From Microthyrium microscopicum (lineage: Eukaryota), in assembly GCA_010405405.1 (NCBI GenBank), contig MU004230.1, positions 3,444,627 to 3,508,626 of the forward strand: DNA of 64,000 nucleotides, in the 5' to 3' direction. The notes under the pieces are model-generated. The model saw nothing but the letters and a program-made list of their open reading frames with translations, searched no databases and had not been told where the DNA came from. How positions within the stretch are numbered: the stretch's first letter is position 1; every line of letters begins with the position of its first letter. The translations under genes and the position numbers were made by a program. Positions 34,282-47,231 of the stretch are shown piece by piece.

Positions 34282-35943
34282 TCACACCCTCCCAGTCATG
34301 TCTCTCCAGAACTGCCGCCAACCATAACCTTTCCTCGCAATATCTTCGTCATGCACTTTTGCCGGTGTCTTGTCAAAATTGCTTAGCAAACCACCTGGTG
34401 GTCCCACCCCGATTGTGGTAGGGTATGGCGAGGCCACCACAAGCGCGCGTTGGCGTATCTCTGCGGGCAAAAATGGGGCCACCTCTGCATAACAAGCCTT
34501 AAGCTCGCGTTCTAGACTAAAATAGGGTTTTTGAGCTAGCTGTGGAGCTATAAGGTTGTACGATCGAGTGATTGAGTTGAGGTTTGCAATAGAGTGTTTG
34601 TGAAAGGAGTGCTCTGTTGCTTCCCAAGCAGTATCTCGAAAGGGTAGACGTCGACGCATGCTGGGGCGTCGCGTGGGTTCTTGTTCCACTGCGCCTGAGT
34701 CTTCGCTAATGCTGCTTCTTGACTTGCTAGCTGAATGCGAGGGCTCGAGTTGACCGGAAAGAGATATCTGAGAGAGATGAGCGTTTTGAGATATTGGTTC
34801 CAGCGTTTCTGGTTGGAGGGGCTCTTTATCGGCCGGTTGAAGGAGATTATCTTGCTCTGCCAATGCATACTCATGTGCTCTTTGCACCTTCTCATCCAGC
34901 GAACCACCCACGGCCGCGATCATTCTCGCCGCATGTCGTTTCCAATCATTGCGCATACGGAGTCTAAACACACGCACCGCAGTCGCCAACTCCTGCTGCT
35001 TTTCAATCCAAGGTGGCACAATATCCTGCTTCTTGATCATTTTGTTCATCAGATACTCCGTCGTATCAATAAATGGACTACTCGCATTATAATCACGCTC
35101 CAGTTCCTTTCCCCGCGGCAAGTTCTTGAATTTCCCCCGTGCAATTGCTTCGTCAATCCTACGATTCGCCAGTGCAGCCAGCCCGCCCAATGTCGCTGGT
35201 AATTCCCGCGCACTAGGCTCAAAGCGCGCCTTCATCTCGTCCGACAGCTGCTGCCGCTCTTTCTGGCTCAAGCCTGCCTCGCGTGCCTGAGCGTACTGCG
35301 ACGAGCGTTCCTTTGCACTTGCGATGCGGGCGCCAGCTGATGGTTTCCGGCGCACCCCTACTAGACCCTGAGGCGCGATCCGTGGTTCCGGGGCAGATGA
35401 ATGGCTGCTCTTGAGTGGTTTGTGCGCATCATTTAGCATGCGTAGGGCTGTATCGGCCAATGCTTCATTGCCAGTCCATGGCTGGGCGCTGGCGAGATCA
35501 CGCGTCCCATGACCAGCGCTGCTGCGAAGGTTGGCCTCGGCAAAGGCTTGAGGATGGCTGGTCTGCAGGTTGTTGGCGAGAGCAATGCGTGCGGCGAGGC
35601 GGTCGCGTAGCTCGGCGGAAAAGCTGGCATCATCTAGGTTGGTGGTGCCCGATTCCAGTGCTTCTTCGGTAAGTTGCTCCAGGCGAGCACTCATGGCCCC
35701 CTGAGATGGCTCGGAAGAGGCATCTTCAGCCTGCTGTGATACTTTGACAGTCTCTGGAATAACCTGAGCGCTCTGTGATGGCTGGGCAGACGTGTTCCGA
35801 ACTTGTTGAGGTATCTCAAATGTTTTTGGGCTGTTATCGCGAGCTGGTGCGTTGTTGGATAATCGTCGACGACATTGTGCCGCCAACGAGAATCGACCAG
35901 GGCCGGGATTGACTAGTCGTACTGTAACTCTTGCTATTGGCAT
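34282..35943 (-). CDS. DUF1992 / DNAJC28 conserved-domain protein, probably mitochondrial
   Basis: Single long ORF with ATG 35943 and an Arg-rich presequence-like N-terminus. Conserved block ANRRIDEAIARGKFKNLPRGK..TEYLMNKMIKKQDIVPPWIEKQ. Confidence 0.85.
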   Translation of the reverse strand: MPIARVTVRLVNPGPGRFSLAAQCRRRLSNNAPARDNSPKTFEIPQQVRNTSAQPSQSAQVIPETVKVSQQAEDASSEPSQGAMSARLEQLTEEALESGTTNLDDASFSAELRDRLAARIALANNLQTSHPQAFAEANLRSSAGHGTRDLASAQPWTGNEALADTALRMLNDAHKPLKSSHSSAPEPRIAPQGLVGVRRKPSAGARIASAKERSSQYAQAREAGLSQKERQQLSDEMKARFEPSARELPATLGGLAALANRRIDEAIARGKFKNLPRGKELERDYNASSPFIDTTEYLMNKMIKKQDIVPPWIEKQQELATAVRVFRLRMRNDWKRHAARMIAAVGGSLDEKVQRAHEYALAEQDNLLQPADKEPLQPETLEPISQNAHLSQISLSGQLEPSHSASKSRSSISEDSGAVEQEPTRRPSMRRRLPFRDTAWEATEHSFHKHSIANLNSITRSYNLIAPQLAQKPYFSLERELKACYAEVAPFLPAEIRQRALVVASPYPTTIGVGPPGGLLSNFDKTPAKVHDEDIARKGYGWRQFWRDMTGRV

Positions 35944-36477
35944 ATAGATGGAATTACGAGACTCAATAGAGCAGAGTATCACCAGTGACTGAATATTGTG
36001 AATGGAATAGGTTTATGAGGAGTGGAGTTGAAGAAGGCTTGGCATATTCGTAGATCGATCTTCCCGACCCTTCCGCTGCAGATCTTCACGTGGCAAAACG
36101 TGGAGAATTAAGGGACATTCCAACATGAGAAGGCACGAACGTGCGAACGACTAACACTTAAAAATAGTGTTCCAGGATATGATATAGCATAATATATAGT
36201 AATGATAACATTGAATGAGGGTCGTGATCAACTAGGACACGGAAATACCGGGGAGAGACTTTATTCACAATTAATACTCCATTATGATTGCAAGAAAACA
36301 CGAATTGTTATAGGCTAAAATGTACACTTGGAGAACCGTATTGAACAAAAACAGCATTTGATGAGTTACAATAGTAAGCCAATGAACCGGCAACACCAAC
36401 CTCTGCACGCCCACCGATTATCTTGATGCACAAGTCATTTGTATTCATCTCCAGAGTCAATCATCTCTTCGTCCTTT

Positions 36478-39400
36478 TTATTCCCCCTTGAGTTTGTCTT
36501 GCTTGACAGTGAACGCCATCTCCAACAAACTCTTCTCCTCGTTTTGATGAACATTCTTCATACCGGTTGCTACACTAGCACTTGGATTGCGACCAGCGTA
36601 CATGACGTGGCGGCGGTTGTGGTACTCGGTGGAGTTCAAGAGTGTCTCAATACGTGGTTGCATAAAGCTCCACGCACCAGCATTGAGGGGCTCTTCTTGG
36701 GCCCAGACGATGTTCTTTGCGTTCGGGTAGCTGTCCAAGTTCTCTTTTAATTGGGCCCATGGGAAGGGATGCATTTGCTCCACACGAGTAATTGCTGTAG
36801 TCTTGTCTTTGATTTCGTCTCGGTACTTCGACAGGGCGGCCCACACTTGGCCAGAGCACATGATGACACGCTCAATCTTGTCGTTAGATTCAATTGCACC
36901 AGTTTCATGACCTGGATCTGGGATGATCCATTGGAAGTATGATTCGCCAGTGAATTCGTCCAACGAAGAACGGGCAAGAGGATGTCTAAGTAAGCTCTTG
37001 CTAAAGAAGAGGATCAATGCTATTCAATGATTAGTATTAAGACTCAGCCAAAAGCAGTAGCGTACGACTTACGTTTTCTGAATTGGCGGTTCATTTGTCG
37101 GCGAAGGATGTGGAAAAGATTGCTTGGTTTAGTAAGATATGCCATTTGCATGTTGCAGTCTTGATGTTGACGATCAAGTTTATCGGGACTAGGGAATGTT
37201 CGAGGGTCTTCGTTACACAATTGAAGGAAACGTTCCATACGGGCTGAGGAGTGCTCTGGACCTTGGCCATCATAACCATGAGGAAGATTCATGACCAAAC
37301 CAGAACGTTGAATCCATTTGACCTCACCGGAGGCAACGAACTGATCGATGATGACTTGGGCATTGTTGGCGAAATCGCCAAATTGCGCTTCCCACATGAC
37401 CAGAGCATTTGGCGAAGAAAGTGAATAACCGTACTCAAATCCGAGCACACCATATTCACTAAGTGATGAATTGGCAATGACAAATGAGCCTTGGTCCTTA
37501 CTGACATGTTGGAGTGGAGTGTAGGTTGTTTCATTCTCTTGGTCGTGTAGAACAGCGTGGCGTTGAGAGAAGGTACCACGTTCAACGTCTTGACCCGAAA
37601 CTCTGACGTGATGACCTTCTTGACATAGGGTACCAAAAGCCATGGCTTCGGCAGTAGACATGTCGATGTTTTTGCCTTCGTTGACAGTCTTTGTTCGGCC
37701 GCCTAGGATACGCTTGAGATTCCGATGAATATTGAAGTCTTCTGGAGTCTCGTTGAGGGCGACACCAATTTCCTTCAGCTTTGCTTCATCATAACCGGTA
37801 GGAGGATGTGGAAGCACTTCAGTAGCAAGTTCCTTGGGCGATTTGAAACCGTTCCATGCAGAAGTTAGCCACTCCTTCGCTGAAGGTTGGTAGTCCTTGC
37901 TTCGTGTAAATGATTCCTCGAGCATACCCCAAACCCATTTTTTGTGCTCATCGATATCTTCCTTGGTAAACGCGCTTTCAGTCAGCAACTGATCGACATA
38001 TTTGTCAAGAGCTGGTTTTTGCTGTGCAATCTTCTTGTACATGAGAGGTTGAGTGAAAAATGGTTGATCAGTTTCATTGTGACCTTGTTTCCGGTAGCAG
38101 ACGAGGTCAATAACCACATCTTTATGGAACTTGGCACGCCAATCAGAAGCTAGTTGACAGATGAAATTGACAGCCTCGGCGTCATCTCCATTGACGTGGA
38201 AAACGGGAGCATCGATGGCTTTGGCGATATCAGAGCAGTATGGTGTTGATCGAGAAAAACGCGGGTCAGTGGTGAAACCGATCTGATTGTTGACAACAAT
38301 GTGAATGGTTCCTCCAGTATGATACGAAGGGAGTGTATGGAATCCCATAGTTTCGTATACGACTCCTTGACCAGCGAACGCAGCATCTCCATGAAGTAGT
38401 ACACCCATAGCAGACACTGCTTCTTTTTCATCATGGTTGTAATGAAGGATGGCGCGAGTTTTTCCGAGGACGACAGGATCCTCAGATTCCAAATGAGACG
38501 GATTGGCGACAAGTGATAACTGTACACGTTTGCCGGATGGAGTTGGTCGTTCAAAGTTCATACCAAGATGGTATTTGACATCGCCCGAGCCTTCATCACC
38601 AGGTTCAGAGCTTCCAGAAAATTCGCTGAAGATGGACTCGTTTGGTTTCCGAACGACATTACTTAGTACATTGAGACGTCCACGATGAGGCATGCCAATG
38701 ACAATGTCCTTGACTCCGTAATCGACACTACGGTCAATGAGAGCTTTCATTCCAGGAATCAAACTTTCTCCTCCTTCAAGACCAAAACGCTTGTCATTGG
38801 GATATTTTTGAGCGAGAAAAGCCTCAAAACTGGTACCCCAAATCAAACGATCCAAGATGCGGCGCTTCTCGTCAACTGAATATTTATAAGGGTTCGGAAC
38901 TTCGATACGCTCTCGTAGCCAATCGCATTGATCGCGATCTGGAATGTGAATATATTCAACACCATATGATCCACAGTATATCTTTTCGCAAGCGTCGATA
39001 ATTTCGCGTAATGTCATCTTCTCGCGCTTGTCGGATCGGAACCGTGGTAAAATACCGGGACCAAGGGTAACTTCTTGGTCCATATCTTTCTCTGTGAAGT
39101 TGTAATGGGACAGTTCAAGCTCCTTAATCTTACTGTAGCCAAATGCTTCTGCTTCACCACGTATTTGTAGGGGATCGATCTTTGCTTTATGATGGCCACG
39201 AGCCTGGTAAGCTCTTACGAGCAACTGAACTTTCAAATGGTTCATGAGATCAGATCCTTGACCAATGTTCATGCCCAGTCCAGGCTCGTATGCGGGAAGT
39301 CCTCCGGATGGTGGAGGGATGATAGTAGGGGGTGGTTGAAAAGCCTGACTGATAGGCATGTCGCCGTGCTCCATGTTGTGGAAATAGATTTGCCATGATA

Positions 39401-39745
39401 CGTGAACGCTTTGAGGGTCTTGTTTCCATGCCATGTACATCTCATCAATGTAATTGGCAGTGTTACCTTGGAGGAAGGAATCGTTTGGATCCTAGAGCTT
39501 TCGTTAGCGCGATAAAGAGCTTCGGGCTTTGTTAATATCGCCATTGACGCGGAACATACAACACTCGAAACTTCGCTTTTCGTTGTGTCATCGGAGGTAG
39601 TAGCATAACCTCGTTGCCATCTCGAGGCGCATTGTATCGAAGATCGCTGGATAGCGCTATTAAAGGTTGTGAAGACAGGAGCTCGGGGCGAGCGAACGCC
39701 CCGTCGCAGCTGGTTACCGCATCGTCTCAGGGACGCAGCAAGCAT
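36478..39745 (-). CDS. KGD1: 2-oxoglutarate dehydrogenase E1 component, mitochondrial
   Basis: ATG 39745 with presequence; introns 39492-39559 and 37020-37072. Motifs [43 protein letters not shown] and [15 protein letters not shown]. Confidence 0.98.
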
Positions 39746-40398
39746 TGCGAACAGACGATATAGGGAAGAAAAGGGCTATAAGGGAGAAGGGAGAAGTGGA
39801 AGAGGTATTCCAGCAGTTTAGTGAGGCAAATGGAAGATGTCACAGAGTTTACATGTTTGGCTTGAAGCTCTATCCGGGAATACAACCAGCAGCCAATAGG
39901 ACGGCGGGAGGCGTAGGATGACACATCAAAACAGGTCTTGGCAAATTATATCAATAGAATCCTTGAGAATCTTACTTGCTTCAACTTTGCTATGATCGCT
40001 TTAACCTACATATTACTGCTTCCTCATACGCATGATTACCGTACTCTTGCCTGCCTTTCTGGGCCTGCATCTGGCTTATATACATAACACAGCCAATAGC
40101 ACGATGAACGACAATGCGATAGTGAGAAAGCTAGTCCATTCTATCCTCCAAATAGCCATTGTGAAGAGAAAGTGGCCCGTAATAATCGGTACTATGGGAT
40201 ATGGGATACACAAGTAAGCATCAGTTCACTTACGAACAAAACTTACACTTTCAGTCGAAATTCAAGGTTTAAAATTCATGTCATTGCATTTGCTTATGCT
40301 ACGGAGTACTTCTATAACATACTAGTGCCTACGACGTGCGCATCCTCGAAGCCTGCCGCTATCTCGGCTTCAAATGCTAAAGCCTTCATCGACAATGC

Positions 40399-41127
40399 TC
40401 ACTTGGTTGAGGGATTTGGCGAGATAGTCTTGTTGGGAAACTTGCGGAACAGGTCGGCGACATGATCGATTGGAGCTGTCAACAGTCCCATGACTGTCTC
40501 GAATGGAGGATGCTCTCCAGCACTTGGGTGGCTGCGAGATGGAACGAACGCCTTTGTCCTACCGAATGACTTAGCCATGGACTCGGACTCTCCAGCCATG
40601 GACTGAATCGCGGCTTCCAAAGCCGGAAGATCGTGCTCCTCCTCCTCCTTGATATGCTCGGACAGGGAAGCCCAGAGTTCTTTGAGCTTGGGAACATATG
40701 CTGGATCCTGGGGCTTCATGTTCTGGAAGGCTTTGAGCATTTCCTTGACCTATCTGTAGCGTTAGGACGAGCAATTGACAAGACAGGATGGGAGGCTTGC
40801 CTGGTGATGTTCTTTGCGGTCGGATTCAGCCATCTGCTTTCCCTTATCGCCCATGTACTTCTCAAACTTGGGATACACCACAAGTTCTTCACCAACGGAA
40901 TGGCGAGCTAGCTCCCAGGTGAACTGGTTGCCGAAGCGCTGCTGATGATCATGGTCTGTGGAGTTGATCACTTCATTGTAGTACTGCTCAAGCTCACGGT
41001 GGTCCTTGATGATGGCATCTGAAATGGTAGACATTGCGTAGATTCTTTGAGCAAATGGTCGTTGGGCAGAACGGAGAGTGTGAGGATTGAGTGTTACGCG
41101 AGAAGCAGTCTGTAGAGCAAAGCGCAT
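40399..41127 (-). CDS. Hemerythrin/HHE cation-binding domain protein
   Basis: ATG 41127, with a second in-frame ATG at 41034; GC-AG intron 40750-40800. Motifs DHRELE, WELARHSVGEELVVYP, EHHQ, EHIKEEEEHDLP and VPSRSHPSA. Confidence 0.9.
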
Positions 41128-42741
41128 TGTGAATAAGGTAGGAGAGTGTTCGTAAGTGTAGGGTGCTAGCAACTGTCAAATACTGCGCTTGTGATCAAAT
41201 TTCGAGAGCCCAATGATGAGGGTGGGATTGTAGGAACTGCCCTTTCATTTGTTGAAAGGGATACACAAAGACCATCGTACATGCTTGAACAGGCCATGAC
41301 GTATCAATGTGCTCCAAACGGAAGGATCAATGCTGGTATGAGCAAAATGTCAATGCTGAGTCGTCAGTGAATGAATCGATGATCTAAGAAACTGAGATGA
41401 AGGTTTCGCCATTATGATTGTGAACTTCATGATTGGACACCGAGCTCAAGCATCCAGGTACACATGCAATTATGGTATTGTGCATCCGTCTTAGTCTAGC
41501 TGATCACTACCTACCAAGCACATACTATAGTATAATTGAGTGCTTAGCCATGCAAGTGGCTAACCTTGTAACTTCATACGATCAATTGAAAGCTGGAGCC
41601 CCCACTGACAGCACAGGAAAGGTTGATGGTATCTGATCAATAGAGTCAGTCTGCTTGATACGCTGCAAGATCAATATCGTATGAGCAATCGGGGCAAGAA
41701 AAAGGTAGTAGGACGGCGTGAAAGGATCGATATCAGGAGGCACTCAGCTCACGCTTTTGCAGTTGTGCCCCTTGCAAGTTGCAACTTCGTCGATGGCGAT
41801 GGATGGCATACACACTCTGACACTCAAGACATGGACTTTCGCCTTTCGCAAGCTGAGGTCGATGTCAATCAATTTTCGATGGATTCATGATCGATTGTTT
41901 CAACATCCCTGCTGTCGATCGTGCCGTTGCGGGTGAGTTTGTGCTGGCGGCAGTTACCGTGGGTATGGTATTCTTGGCTTTGATATGGGATTTTCAGCTT
42001 TCCCATGCACTCATGACATGATAGAACCTCAACACAAACCACGCAACTTTTGCCCCTTCGTCATTATCAATGCAAGGTGTGCTATTCGCAGGGACATTGG
42101 AAAGCCTGCTTGGCGTGCAGTGATTGTTCAAGAGCATCGATGTTTATCATCCACGAACCACAACTTTACTCACAGAAAGCACATCGTGAAAAAGTCCACA
42201 TCAGAAGCATCCCAAAATTGGTCACTGTATTACATGTCTGATGGAGGACGCAGAATCGTGGGTTGTTCAGGGGCAACACGATGTCTCTCTGTTTACATCA
42301 TTATTGAGATCATTTCGGAGCGAGTCAAACCTCATAGGATCATGTTATGAAATGAGGATGAGCCATCACAATTGCTCCATCCCTTGTTCATTTATAATCA
42401 TGTATGATCTGAAAAGGCTCTCCCAAAGCTTTTAAGAAATGAAGACGCTTTACTGTGTCGGTTGGTCCAGCGGGCCCATTTGACGTTGTAAGACTTTACA
42501 CTCATGCAAGAGCATTCGATTACATAGAATAACCAAGGGAGTACTTCAAAAACATTGAAAATTTAGGTAAGGCAAGGTTTGATGTCATATAACTCATGAA
42601 TCAATTCAAGCCTCTAGGCGGGACATCTTCTTGTGGTAAGAAGATACTAAAACTAGTACACAAATAATAGGATCAAAGAGAGCCATGGCATACAGACTCC
42701 ATACAAGGTCACCCGCAGACCAGGCCTCAGCCCATCATAAA

Positions 42742-44680
42742 TTAGTCCCTCCGACTACTAGTCGGGCGAATCCGACGAGACTCCTTCATAGCGGTTTTAC
42801 AATCCTCACAATACCACTTGGCAGTCGTCGGCGCCTCTCTGAGTCCCGCGCACCTAAGATGGAACCATTGACGAGCGCACGTCGCACTATCACACGCTAC
42901 CATCACGCCGTAACTAACCTCATTACAATAGCAATACCGCGGTTCGTCCCCATCAGCTTCTTCCTCTTCGTCTTCAACATCTTCGCCGTCTGCTTCATCG
43001 CCTCCATTTTCGACTTTGCGGGTTGCGACGCGCTTCCGCTTCTCGCGTACCGCGGTAGTGCGTTCAGCTCCCCCAGATTCACTAGAGGCGTGGCTTCCGT
43101 TGCCAGTCACGCTTTCTTTGGCGCGTGCCGCCCTGCTCGGAGCGCGGGCAGCATCATCTGGAAAGGCACCGACGACTGGTGTTGCTGTTTTCGAAGCTCG
43201 CCCGGTACGTGTTGCAACAGGGACTGATTGAGCTGGCTCTACCTCAGCAGCTGGAGCATCTTCCGGTGTGTCCACCTCTTCCCTCTTAAGGATAGATGGA
43301 GCTTCCACCGTTGTTTTGCCATTACTCGCCGAGGTGTCCGCCGGTGGTACAGTCGCGGACTTTACTTCATTTGGCATTGTAGCAAGAGGTGAAGGTGCCC
43401 CTAGCGCCGAAGGAACATTGGCTCGCATTGTAGCCGTGGAAGAAGATGGTCGCGCAGTTGCAGTTTCTGCCAGAACTTGTGCAGCATTGCTTTGCGAACC
43501 ATTTCTTCCTCTAGAATGACCTGCACGTTGAATTGGTTCTCTGACGTTGAAGGTGCCGACCAGTGGTGACGAAAAGGGTCGAGGAGACTTGCCATCGGCT
43601 ACTTGCAAACTATCAAATGTTAGTGTTATAACTTGTAAGATGAACGAACAGCACGAACCGTTTTTTAGAAGGAAGCGGACCAGGTGCAGCTTTCCGCTTC
43701 TTCTGAGCTTCAACCCCCGGTGTCGGGCTACCAGCAGGTCGTCTTTGTCCACCTAGCGCAGTGCTGATTGATCTCTCCATCGGCTGAACAGTGGGTGCCG
43801 CCTTTTTGCGCTTGCCCTGCCCAGTGCCATTGGCAATTCCCAATCCAGTCGATCTTGGATCGGCAATGCCTTGCGTTTCAGTAGTTTTAGCACTCTTCCC
43901 TTTAGGCTTGCGAGCCATGGGGCGCTCTTCAAAGTCTGAATCCTGATGTTGATTACGGTTCTTTCGCGCCATCAAGGCTTCTTTGCGTAGCTCGGAACGA
44001 GCACCATGATCTCCATCACCAGATCCTCCAACGTAATTGTTTGCCGCTGCCGCTTCTCTTCTCGGGCGCTCGTGAACCGGCTTCTTCGTTTCCTTTTCCG
44101 TGACATATGCCCAATGATTTGGGTTTCCGAGTCGCGCTTCTTTGCTAACTTCCTCTGAGATATGGACGAAAGAGCTTTCGAGGCGGTCAAGCTGTCGCGC
44201 CAATTCCATGTTCGCAGTTGAGAGAACAGCAATTTTCTCGTCAAGCACCGGACCCATTGAATGAAGACTAAAATTGAGACGTCGATAAAGAGGTAATCGT
44301 TCCGACTCTGGTAAGTCGGTTGGAGACTCAGCGGAAACCGAGTCGTCGTGGGAGTTGGAGGAGTCGCCGTTGGTAAGGGTTGTAGGGGCTCGTTGTGGTA
44401 GCTTGGCCATCTGCTCAGCTAGACGGGCTAGATCCTCCTCTGGCTGGTAGAGTTTAGCCTCGACTTCCTTCATCATAGAGAAGTGTCTCATGATTTCGCG
44501 AGGTAAGGCATCAACAGAATCGGTGAAATGTGTCAACGCAGGGAAGAAGCCTGGCTGCGCGTCGGTCGGTGTCGAGGCCTCTACGGGGTTGGAAAAGGTT
44601 CGAGCATAGTAGTTTTGAGGCCTGGGAGCAGTGGTGCGAACAGCCCGGGCGGACTGTCGACGACCACCCGTCACAGACAT
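42742..44680 (-). CDS. PHO23: ING-family PHD-finger chromatin protein (Pho23-like)
   Basis: N-terminal ING helical domain (FTDSVDALPREIMRHFSMMKEVEAK..DEKIAV), intron 43610-43658, C-terminal PHD EPRYCYCNEVSYGVMVACD..WFHLRCAGL..KWYCEDC. Assignment among ING paralogs is not certain. Confidence 0.88.
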
Positions 44681-45589
44681 TATAAATCAAGACTTTCAGC
44701 TTGTAAACGGGACAAGATTGAGCGTACTTCTATGAGGACTCGGAGAGGGTGTGAGGGTAGCTTGGGAGGTTGGTTGAGGAGTGGAGTAGAGATAAGACAG
44801 ACAACCGCTAATGTGAGTGAGCGCCAGCTGAAGAATATTGGACTCTGCAGTATCAGATCAGGAAATGAAGAGGAATTTCGCAATGGTAGTGCGTGTGGAA
44901 AGGTAATGTAGAGCTCGTTGGTGTCGCAGGATCCTACAAAGCTGCCAAGCGTCAAGCGCGGAGTTTAGATTCGGAGGCAATGCTTATCGATAAAGCATGA
45001 TCTTATCTTGATCTCCTCAACCTCTTGTGCTCCCTACTTTCCACTTGAACACTTCAAGTGTAGCATTCACCTTGAACTTCCCATTGTCAGCATCAAGCTG
45101 TCCCAATTGATGGCATTGTTGATGTCTCTATGTCATTGACGCGTTAATTAGGCTTGAAAACAGCAATGATGGACCCCTTTAGAGTGCAGTGAGCTCCCGC
45201 TCCTCTAGAGCCTTTCATTTCTTATGTGCACGAAGTCTGCTCATTTCTCAAGACCAGCGAGCAATTGAGTTCTGTTAGATATTGCATTTGGACTAATTCT
45301 TTCCTCGGCCCAGAGTTGATGTTTACTTGAGCAATGCCACGCTTGTGTACTACGCCTTGACGTCTGTACTGAATACCATCGAACGATATCAAAGCGACAT
45401 CTCCATTCCCAAAGTGCGTCATATTGCCGACGATAACCGCTTTTGGATCTTGCATGTCCTGAAGTGGTAATAATTGGTCAATGAGTCAATCAGGACAGCT
45501 AGGGCCTGTCGACTATCAATACAGCTCCGTACACCATGGGTGTGTACTACTAGCCAAATATCCTTGAGCCTTATTTTGTCTTTGTGGCA

Positions 45590-47027
45590 ATGTCAACTCT
45601 TTCAGCAAGAGGCAAGGGCTTTGCAAATGCAGGAAAGATAAGAGAACAATACGAAGAAATCTGGGCCAATGTGTACGATGTCAACACTAACCCTTCCGGC
45701 ACTATCAATCTGGGCACAGCTGAGAACTATGTTATGCTTAACGCTGTTACTGCATATATCAATGATCATGTTGGTCCAGCAAAGTCAACACTTTGAGAAA
45801 AGCAAACGCTGAGAATAATATTAGATAAATTTTAAAGGCACCGACGTTAACTATGGCGAGGGTCCATGGGGAAGTCTTCGTCTACGTAAAGCTTTCGCGA
45901 AGCATATGGACAAGTACTTCAAGCCTCATAGGCCAGTAGCTTCAGACGACATTCTCGCTTCTACAGGATGCACTTCGATTTGTGAAATGCTAGGTTTCAG
46001 TCTTTTCGAACCAGGAGAAGGTCTGCTCTTATCCAGGCCAATATATCAGGCTTTCCAAGAAGACTTCGGTCTGCGTGCACAGCAAGTGAAGAGATCCAAC
46101 TCGACCTTGAAAAGCCACTAACTGGCTTGTAGAGTCAAATGCATCTTTGTGCCTTCCAAGGGCATAGATCAATTCTCTATGGACGCTATCAAATGCTACC
46201 AGGAAGCTATTAAAGAATCCGAAGCAAAAGGAATTAAAGTTCGAGCAATACTACTTTGTAATCCCCACAATCCACTTGGTCGATGCTACGAGCCGGACGC
46301 GCTTGTCGAGTACATGAAACTATGCCAAAAATACGAGATTCATCTTATCGTGGACGAAATATACGCCTTGAGTGTATACAAAATACCAGGCAACAGCAAC
46401 TCAGGCCCTTTGCCCTTCAAGTCTATACTATCATTTGACACAGCTCAATACATCGACAAAGAATACTTGCACGTCTTATACGGTTTCTCGAAAGATCTAG
46501 CCAGCGGTGGCTTACGACTGGGATGTATCTGGACACAGAACTCATCCCTGGTTGACTCCTTGAGCGCCCAAGCATTCTTTAACCAGCCATCAAATTTGTG
46601 CGAAACGATAGGCATCTCCATACTGGAGAACGATGATTGGCTAGATAAATTCGTAGCTACAAGCCAAAAGCGACTCGCTGAATGCTCGATGGTGGCCCGG
46701 TCACTCCTGGACGAGTATGGGATTGGATATAACAGAGGCGCTTCCGCGGGCTTCTTTCTACGGATTGATTTGCGTCAGTTCATGATGAAAGATGTTGATA
46801 GCATTACTTGGGATCATGAGAGAGCGTTTCAGCTGTTATTGAAAAAGCACAAAGTGTATGTGACTGACGGAGAAGGCTTGTCTTCGGAAGTACCTGGGTT
46901 CTTTAGGTTGTGCTATGTCAAGCATGAGGCAGAAGTTCGATTGGGGCTGGAACGATTACACGAAGCTCTTTCCGAAGCTGGCACAACAGGCATGGCAGAA
47001 GAATTGGATGAAGTCAGAATGACTTGA
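45590..47027 (+). CDS. PLP-dependent class I/II aminotransferase, ACC-synthase-like
   Basis: ATG 45590; introns about 45770-45824 and GC-AG 46082-46132. Motifs NPSGTINLGTAENY, LCNPHNPLG, DEIYA, YGFSKDLASGGLRLG (PLP Lys) and PGFFRLC. Confidence 0.9.
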
Positions 47028-47231
47028 TTGCTTTAGATATGACATTCTTTGGTGGCATAAGGTGATTCGAAATGGAATAAGTACCACACTGGACTGTTAG
47101 ACGGACAAGACATTCACAAGACGAATCTACGTATACAATGTGGAGAGAGCTAAGAAATAATGAATATGTATATTAGAAATCACGAAAAGTCACATAGACT
47201 ACCTAGAGCAATACTGTCCCTTCCCATTAGA

